Assembly: GCA_964458565.1 (NCBI GenBank)
Contig: CAYWJO010000063.1
Coordinates: forward strand, 1 to 15,406
Direction: 5' to 3'
Length of the DNA stretch: 15,406 bases
DNA from: an uncultured archaeon
GTDB lineage: Archaea; Asgardarchaeota; Thorarchaeia; Thorarchaeales; Thorarchaeaceae
The stretch's first letter is position 1. Each line of letters begins with the position of its first letter. A program made the position numbers and the translations under genes. A model generated the notes under the pieces. It worked only from the letters and a program-made list of their open reading frames with translations. It made no database searches and was not told the origin of the DNA. This document shows, piece after piece, positions 1 to 5,427 of this stretch.

Positions 1-1641
1 CAACCCGTGGAGAATGCATGCATTGCATACGTACTGACTTCTGCGGAGTATAATCAGTATCTCAATGGGACTCCTATCACTGAGCTTGGCACATTATATA
101 AATTTGAGAACAACACACGCGGGGTTTATGATGCAACGATAGATGGTGGAACTACTCTGTATCTTATCTTGTTCAATAATGCTGTTATTGATTCTTTCTG
201 GTTCTTCTTCTATTCTTCTACTCCGCTTTCTTATTTTCCCACTGCTTTAATCGGATTTTCGGGGTTGTTTCTCATTGTTCTCGGACTGATGTGGTATTTC
301 AATGGATGGAAACGATATTTCATGGGAGGTCTTGCAGTAAACCTAACCCTATTTATCGTACGCATCTTCACATTGACGACATATTCTCTTGGACTTCCCG
401 ACATCTTTGAATCCCTCATACACATTGAGTTATACAATGACTACCAATTCTTCTACGTGTATTGGATTCCTGAATTATTCAATGGTGTGTGGCCTTATTC
501 TAATGAGATGCTGGGTTACATCTATCCTCCACTTTGGATATATTCTGTATCCATATTTGGATACGTTCCACCATGGTTACCAGGATTGATACTATTTTCA
601 TTCAATGTACTTACGGGGATTCTGATTTACAAAATAGCTTACACGCTTTTTGGAGATGAGAAACGCTCAACATTTGTGATGCTTCTCTATCTTCTCAATC
701 CTATTACTGCGCTCTATGGCAGCTTTATGTGGCTAAATCCAACTCCATTTGTCTTCTTTGTTGTTCTAGCTTTTCAACAAGCGCTTGAGAAAAAGGAGAG
801 AAATGTGTTTGTTGCTATAGCAATAGCAACGCTCTACAAACAATTTGCGGTGATTTTTTTCCCGATTCTATCTCTACTTTTCATAAAACATAACGCTGAG
901 GTTGGTTCTCGCAAGGGTGTAATTCATTTCCTGAAGCACACAATACTCTATGCAGGAATTGTTGGTGTTATATCACTACCTTTCTTGATTCTTAGTTTTG
1001 ACAACTTTGTTGGTAGGATGTTCATAACAGGGAGTTCGATGGGCATCTATAATTTCGTTCCCGGTCTCTCAATGACGGTACAATTCAATACATTCTTTCT
1101 GTGGTTGGGATTTCCAGAATGGTTCACAAACATCATAGCCTTTCTTCTACTTTACTTCGTACCGCTCATCATATCTGGTATAATCATCTATCTCAGTTAT
1201 CGAAGCTATAAACCTAAGATTAATGCAGTTGAAGAACCCGAAATGCACTTCCGTTTGTTATTCACAAAAGCGCTCCTTTGGAGTTTTACTCTTGTCATGG
1301 TCGTACAAACCTTCTATCCGCGTGGCTCATACAAATTCTACCTTCTCGCTTTAATCCCTTTTGCAATTTTATTATTTGACTATGAAGATCTTTCATGGTG
1401 TATGGAGAAATCCTTCAAATTCTCTAAGCGTCATCTCTTTGTACCTTTGATGATAATCTCTGTTTTTGTATGCTATCGCTATGTATACCTGTGGATTCTT
1501 TCTGCTTGGACATTGTTCTACCTTTGGAAAAGCTGCGAATTAGCAAATATCAAGAATTCACTGACCCGGAGATTGTCAAGGTCCGAAGATATTCAATCTG
1601 TATGGGATACGATTTACTCTGATGAGGAGGTCATTGCTTAA
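1..1641 (+). CDS. GT-C-fold polytopic membrane glycosyltransferase (GT87/PIG-M-like) with N-terminal extracellular domain, probably 5'-partial
   Basis: Frame is open from base 1, so the GTG at 7 is probably internal. About 11-13 hydrophobic segments. Motifs in GT-C order: loop acidic ELYNDY, GVWPY, YIYPPLW, LYLLNP, LYKQFAVIFFP, late FYLLALIPF. Confidence 0.7.
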   Translation, partial: QPVENACIAYVLTSAEYNQYLNGTPITELGTLYKFENNTRGVYDATIDGGTTLYLILFNNAVIDSFWFFFYSSTPLSYFPTALIGFSGLFLIVLGLMWYFNGWKRYFMGGLAVNLTLFIVRIFTLTTYSLGLPDIFESLIHIELYNDYQFFYVYWIPELFNGVWPYSNEMLGYIYPPLWIYSVSIFGYVPPWLPGLILFSFNVLTGILIYKIAYTLFGDEKRSTFVMLLYLLNPITALYGSFMWLNPTPFVFFVVLAFQQALEKKERNVFVAIAIATLYKQFAVIFFPILSLLFIKHNAEVGSRKGVIHFLKHTILYAGIVGVISLPFLILSFDNFVGRMFITGSSMGIYNFVPGLSMTVQFNTFFLWLGFPEWFTNIIAFLLLYFVPLIISGIIIYLSYRSYKPKINAVEEPEMHFRLLFTKALLWSFTLVMVVQTFYPRGSYKFYLLALIPFAILLFDYEDLSWCMEKSFKFSKRHLFVPLMIISVFVCYRYVYLWILSAWTLFYLWKSCELANIKNSLTRRLSRSEDIQSVWDTIYSDEEVIA

Positions 1642-1649
1642 CCTTAGGT

Positions 1650-2567
1650 TTATCTCTGAGTTAGTCCTTTCTTTCCAAGACTTTCTGGTTTCCCAATCAT
1701 TTCTGCAATGTCGTCATACCCATATCTGATAGCAAACGTATATGCAGTCATTCCATCATCATCTCGAACTGATGTGTTTGCACCATGAGCTAAAAGAGCT
1801 GCAACAATCTCCCTATATCCTTCCCTAGCTGCGAACATCAATGCAGTTTCCGAGAATTCTGTGGCTATGTTCGCGTCTGCTCCGTGTTCAAGTAGACTCA
1901 TAACTACATCTAAATGGCCAGCAGCACTTGCTTGGAGTATTGGTGTCCATCCCACTCTGTTTTGTGCGTTGATATTGGCTCCGCTTTCAAGTAGTAGATT
2001 TACAACATCAAAGCGACCCCTTAGGGACGCCCACAATAGAGGATTCAGACCTCTGCCTCCAACTACTTCTATGTCCGCTCCCTTCTCCAATGCCTTTCTC
2101 ACACCAGAAATATCGCCATCATGAGCGGATATTAATAGTAATGCATCAGATTCAGATAGAGAATTTATCGATGGTTTAACAAACTTGATTCTGTATTTCT
2201 GAAGCATTTCGACAATGAATTCTGAACTATAAACTGACATTTGTCCGACATGAATGACATCATCCATGATTCGACTGGGAAAATCTTCAACCGAATCTAG
2301 TAGTAATTTCAAAATATCCGGGTGTCCATCCCTTGCAGCGAGATGCACAGGCGTCATGTCCACTGCATCTGTTATCAATAAATCCGCCCCTTTCTCAATT
2401 AGAAATTTCGCAATTTCGTAATGTCCTTCACTAGCCGCTATATGTAATGCTGTATGGCGGAAAACCTCATTTTGAGAATTGATGTCAGCTCCTTCTGTTA
2501 TACATCTTTTTACATCTTCGAGGTCTCCTGATTTAGCTGCTTTCCATAATCGATCTTCAATGGGCAT
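1650..2567 (-). CDS. Ankyrin-repeat protein (about 8 repeats in two blocks)
   Basis: Canonical repeats: TALHIAASEGHYEIAKFLIEKGAD, TPVHLAARDGH, TPILQASAAGHLDVVMSLLEHGAD, TALMFAAREGYREIV. ATG at 2567 (MPIEDRLW) is preferred over TTG at 2639 because repeat 1 begins there and a TATA-like box lies upstream. Confidence 0.93.
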   Translation of the reverse strand: MPIEDRLWKAAKSGDLEDVKRCITEGADINSQNEVFRHTALHIAASEGHYEIAKFLIEKGADLLITDAVDMTPVHLAARDGHPDILKLLLDSVEDFPSRIMDDVIHVGQMSVYSSEFIVEMLQKYRIKFVKPSINSLSESDALLLISAHDGDISGVRKALEKGADIEVVGGRGLNPLLWASLRGRFDVVNLLLESGANINAQNRVGWTPILQASAAGHLDVVMSLLEHGADANIATEFSETALMFAAREGYREIVAALLAHGANTSVRDDDGMTAYTFAIRYGYDDIAEMIGKPESLGKKGLTQR

Positions 2568-2590
2568 AATATCAGATTCTCTACATATTG

Positions 2591-2602
2591 TAATATATTT
2601 TT
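2591..2602 (-). promoter_or_regulatory. Putative archaeal TATA box for the ankyrin gene (leaderless geometry)
   Basis: Minus strand AAAAATATATTA ends 24 nt upstream of ATG 2567. Confidence 0.45.
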
Positions 2603-2639
2603 GAAGCGTTTGTAATAACTTTTGATTGTACAGGCGCAA

Positions 2640-2774
2640 ATGATGAATGGTTCTGATATACGTCAGGATTTGGAATTAGTCAAGAATCTACTACTTGCAG
2701 GAAAATATGATGAGGCTGAGTCCTTGCTCCAGAACACCATAAATATTCAAGAATCGAAAACGAGATGTTCATGA
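2640..2774 (+). pseudogene. 44-aa TPR-like mini-ORF or gene remnant (not in ORF track)
   Basis: Manual translation MMNGSDIRQDLELVKNLLLAGKYDEAESLLQNTINIQESKTRCS*. GKYDEAESLLQ resembles the TPR helix-turn-helix consensus (G.Y.EA...). Confidence 0.45.
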
Positions 2775-2851
2775 GGCTTCTTTTAGACATTTCAAATACT
2801 CAAGAAATCAAAGATTGGCTAGTTCGAATGTACTTTCCGAATTATGTGTGA

Positions 2852-3091
2852 TCAATACTCTACATCAAAGATTTCATTCTTCTCTGCATAGTCGTGAGCT
2901 TCTTCAATCCCACCGAACTCTTTCAAAATCTCATACGTAAAGTACTGCTGATCTGGTCTATCAATCTCGATGACTGGTCTTGGTTTATCTCCAGCTGCTT
3001 TGTAAATGCGAATAAGGCACAATTTCTTTGAATTATCCGCGCCATCGATGACTCTTATGATGTCCTCGTACTCCTCATTCTGTGGTGCCAT
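2852..3091 (-). CDS. Small acidic hypothetical protein (79 aa)
   Basis: ATG start, protein-like composition, non-overlapping, TTTAGATA about 25 nt upstream on the minus strand. Confidence 0.7.
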   Translation of the reverse strand: MAPQNEEYEDIIRVIDGADNSKKLCLIRIYKAAGDKPRPVIEIDRPDQQYFTYEILKEFGGIEEAHDYAEKNEIFDVEY

Positions 3092-3176
3092 GCCCTTTTC
3101 TTTGGAAAATGCTATCTAAAGGTATTATGTGGATGTCTTCGTGATGATTCATTAAATCTCTTTTTAATATAATAAA

Positions 3177-3743
3177 CTACCTTGAAAGAAATGCTGATAT
3201 CTTCTCTCCAACAGAATGAGCTGCTTGGATATATTCGGGTCTCTCCCTAATCTCTCCTCGCTTATTGACTCCTGTTGCTATGATTCTATCCATGAGATTC
3301 ATATTCACATAATCAAAAATATCTTCAAACATTCCTACTACATGTTGCGCTGTGCTAAGATGTGTTGATTCATGTGGAATCACGATAATTGCTTCTTTTC
3401 CCTTGAAAATTTCTCTGTCCAAACCATACCATCTATCAATGAAGGATTTCATCTGAGCAGTGACTGACCACCAATATACTGGTGTTCCGAATATCCAAAT
3501 AGCACTTTCTTCCATTTTCTTGGTTAATTGCAGCATATCATCCTCCTGGATACATTGTCCTGTCTTTTTACATGAGTCGCATGCTCTGCAAGGAGCTATA
3601 TCAAGATCGTAGAGGTTAACTTTATCGACTTCGATCTGTGATTTTGAGATTTCTGCAAGTAAAATGTCCATGAGAATATCCGTGTTCCCATTTTTTCGAG
3701 GACTTCCTTGAATTCCAAGAACCTTCTTTGATTCACCTGTCAT
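3177..3743 (-). CDS. Flavodoxin-fold iron-sulfur flavoprotein (Isf / NAD(P)H-dependent FMN reductase family)
   Basis: GSPRKNGNT FMN-phosphate loop, compact Cys motif CRACDSCKKTGQC (CX2CX2CX5C), GTPVYW and MKSFIDR. Confidence 0.9.
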   Translation of the reverse strand: MTGESKKVLGIQGSPRKNGNTDILMDILLAEISKSQIEVDKVNLYDLDIAPCRACDSCKKTGQCIQEDDMLQLTKKMEESAIWIFGTPVYWWSVTAQMKSFIDRWYGLDREIFKGKEAIIVIPHESTHLSTAQHVVGMFEDIFDYVNMNLMDRIIATGVNKRGEIRERPEYIQAAHSVGEKISAFLSR

Positions 3744-3756
3744 ATTACATCCTTCC

Positions 3757-3810
3757 GATGGTTGCTTAGTTAACTCTGCTGAATCTTCTAGCAGATGTTA
3801 GCTGCTCATC
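3757..3810. other. Long imperfect inverted repeat in the intergenic region upstream of the flavoprotein gene
   Basis: AGTTAACTCTGCT (3768-3780) pairs with AGCAGATGTTAGCT (3790-3803) with one bulge and one non-Watson-Crick pair. Outer GATG (3757-3760)/CATC (3807-3810). Confidence 0.6.
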
Positions 3811-3830
3811 CAACTAATCGTTTCTGTTAT

Positions 3831-4316
3831 TCAAGAATCTAATTTCAGAGCTGCAGATATCCTAGTTAGGAATTGATTTTCAGTTGGAATCATACCCACG
3901 AAAGAAAGTCGATTGTTGACTGACAAAATGGGGGCAGATGTAGCTAGAAATGAAGAAAATCTATGATCATCAAGTACTGTATTATCTCCGCTTCCTCGTA
4001 GAGTCGCATTCAACCATTCAATAGCTTCATTTATTTGCTCTCTAGTGTCATATTTTGCAATACGTACACAGATACTATCTCCAAACCTATCTTTAGCTGC
4101 TTCAAGCAGTTGATTGACTTTGTTCATAGGATTGTTGACCGATAATGTGAATACTCTTGTATTTGGATCAGTTTGGGTTGGAATGTTGATGAATGGTGTT
4201 ACCTCACCACACGAATCCTCTTCTTCGGTTACTGGTTCCTCTTCAATGATACCTAAACCTGGTATCGGTGGAAACACGGTGATTATTACTTCCTCAACAC
4301 ACTCTTCATCTGTCAT
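3831..4316 (-). CDS. Hypothetical protein, probable thioredoxin-like fold (ArsD-like C-terminus)
   Basis: 161-aa ORF. C-terminal APILSVNNRLSFVGMIPTENQF resembles the cis-Pro/beta-hairpin/G.xP helix end of thioredoxin-fold proteins. No CxxC motif. Acidic N-terminal segment. Confidence 0.6.
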   Translation of the reverse strand: MTDEECVEEVIITVFPPIPGLGIIEEEPVTEEEDSCGEVTPFINIPTQTDPNTRVFTLSVNNPMNKVNQLLEAAKDRFGDSICVRIAKYDTREQINEAIEWLNATLRGSGDNTVLDDHRFSSFLATSAPILSVNNRLSFVGMIPTENQFLTRISAALKLDS

Positions 4317-4329
4317 AATAATGCTCTAC

Positions 4330-4341
4330 TCAATCGATTGA
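4330..4341. promoter_or_regulatory. Perfect 12-bp palindrome TCAATCGATTGA, candidate operator
   Basis: Lies between a TATA-like CCTATATT (minus strand, about 4341-4348) and ATG 4316, within a divergent intergenic region. Confidence 0.45.
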
Positions 4342-4445
4342 ATATAGGATTATTGTTGTAGATGAATTTCCTAAATTTCATGGTCTGAACAATGCACTGG
4401 ATTAATATGGTTCGATATTATCATTGTCGGGAATGGCGTTTGACT

Positions 4446-5060
4446 ATGAGGTCGTTCTGTAACATAAACAAAAAACAGCTTCTATGTATTACATTGGTTG
4501 GAATTATATTGATATCTGCAACTCCGCTTTTAGGAAACTTGCAATATCATTCAACAAGAGATAATCTGTTTCAATCTAAAATCGCAGACACATCTCTCCT
4601 AAAAAGCGACGATTTGCTTGTTGATGTCACATTCGATTTTGCTGGATATCAAGTACCTTATGAACTAGTTGAAACTACAACAGGTGATTATATCTTTACA
4701 GGATACTCATCGCATGAAACTGGAACGAATGACGTATGGCTTGCCAAGTTGAATCCAAGTGGAGGTATGATTTGGAATCGCACATTTGATCGAGGTTCTG
4801 CGGATGTAGGAAACGCTCTTTTAGAAACTGATGATGGTGGATTTCTGATTGCTGCTTATACTAGTAATGGACCAAGCTATAATGACATCTGGTTAATCCG
4901 TACCGACTCTCAAGGTCAACACCTGTGGAATAGGACCTATGGAACTCAATATTATGATTATTCTGATGACATTCTTGAAGCAACATTTCAAGCAGAATAT
5001 GAAATCGATACAATAGGTTCTACATCTTTTGTATCGATTCTTCTCTATTTATTCGATTAG
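4446..5060 (+). pseudogene. Secreted beta-propeller repeat protein, apparently 3'-truncated
   Basis: Signal-peptide-like KKQLLCITLVGIILISA from ATG 4446. Two full repeats of about 50 aa (DYIFTGYS..DVWLAKLNPSGGMIWNRTF; GFLIAAYT..DIWLIRTDSQGQHLWNRTYG). The third repeat breaks off after DDILEAT. Confidence 0.6.
5003..5039. terminator. Perfect 11-bp inverted repeat (hairpin) followed by T-rich tract
   Basis: AATCGATACAA (5003-5013) / TTGTATCGATT (5029-5039), 15-nt spacer, then CTTCTCTATTTATT. The repeat is seen directly, the terminator role is inferred. Confidence 0.4.
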
Positions 5061-5400
5061 TGTGTGCAGAAACATAAAGGTTGCATGAATTTTCATAGAG
5101 CCTGCTCATAGATATGAAGATCAAGACAAATCCAATTGTGAAATTACGAAATTTGAGAAGAGAAAATTCTCAGAGGAAATAGGAGTAGCCCCTCCAAGAA
5201 TCTGCGATAACAACCTTCAGGTATAGCTGTTAAGCGACTGAAATGCACTCTATTTCCTATAAATTTCTTAAAGAATGAAATGAGAGTGATTAGTGTGAGT
5301 GATGGTGGTGTATCGTATACCTTCTGACAGCTTTATACTGTAAAATAAAAAGTTCTTAATAGGATTTACGTTAGATTGTAGCTTGTCAATCAAGAGTTTG

Positions 5401-5407
5401 TTAAATA
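5401..5407 (+). promoter_or_regulatory. Putative TATA box for the GH116 gene
   Basis: TTAAATA begins 27 nt before ATG 5428. Confidence 0.45.
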
Positions 5408-5427
5408 CCCTAACCGGAGACGTTGTA

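Noticed and set aside
1640-1650. Small palindrome AACCT-T-AGGTT between convergent stop codons
   Set aside because: Arms are only 5 bp with a 1-nt loop, which is compatible with chance.
2568-2639. Longer N-termini from the ORF track (ankyrin TTG 2639; likewise 4392 and 5383)
   Set aside because: The extensions lack family similarity and cover TATA-like sequences positioned for the downstream ATGs.
3757-3830. Possible SECIS element (ATGA preceding a stem, 3' of a TGA-terminated gene)
   Set aside because: No opposing GA for the non-canonical quartet, and ATG pairs canonically with CAT. Read-through of the TGA gives only 10 unremarkable codons.
5114-5182. 22-aa basic ORF MKIKTNPIVKLRNLRRENSQRK
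   Set aside because: Too short, with no motif or convincing promoter to support it.
5297-5360. GTGATGGTG start reminiscent of a fluoride riboswitch
   Set aside because: Lacks the downstream conserved pseudoknot segment, and the adjacent gene is not fluoride related.
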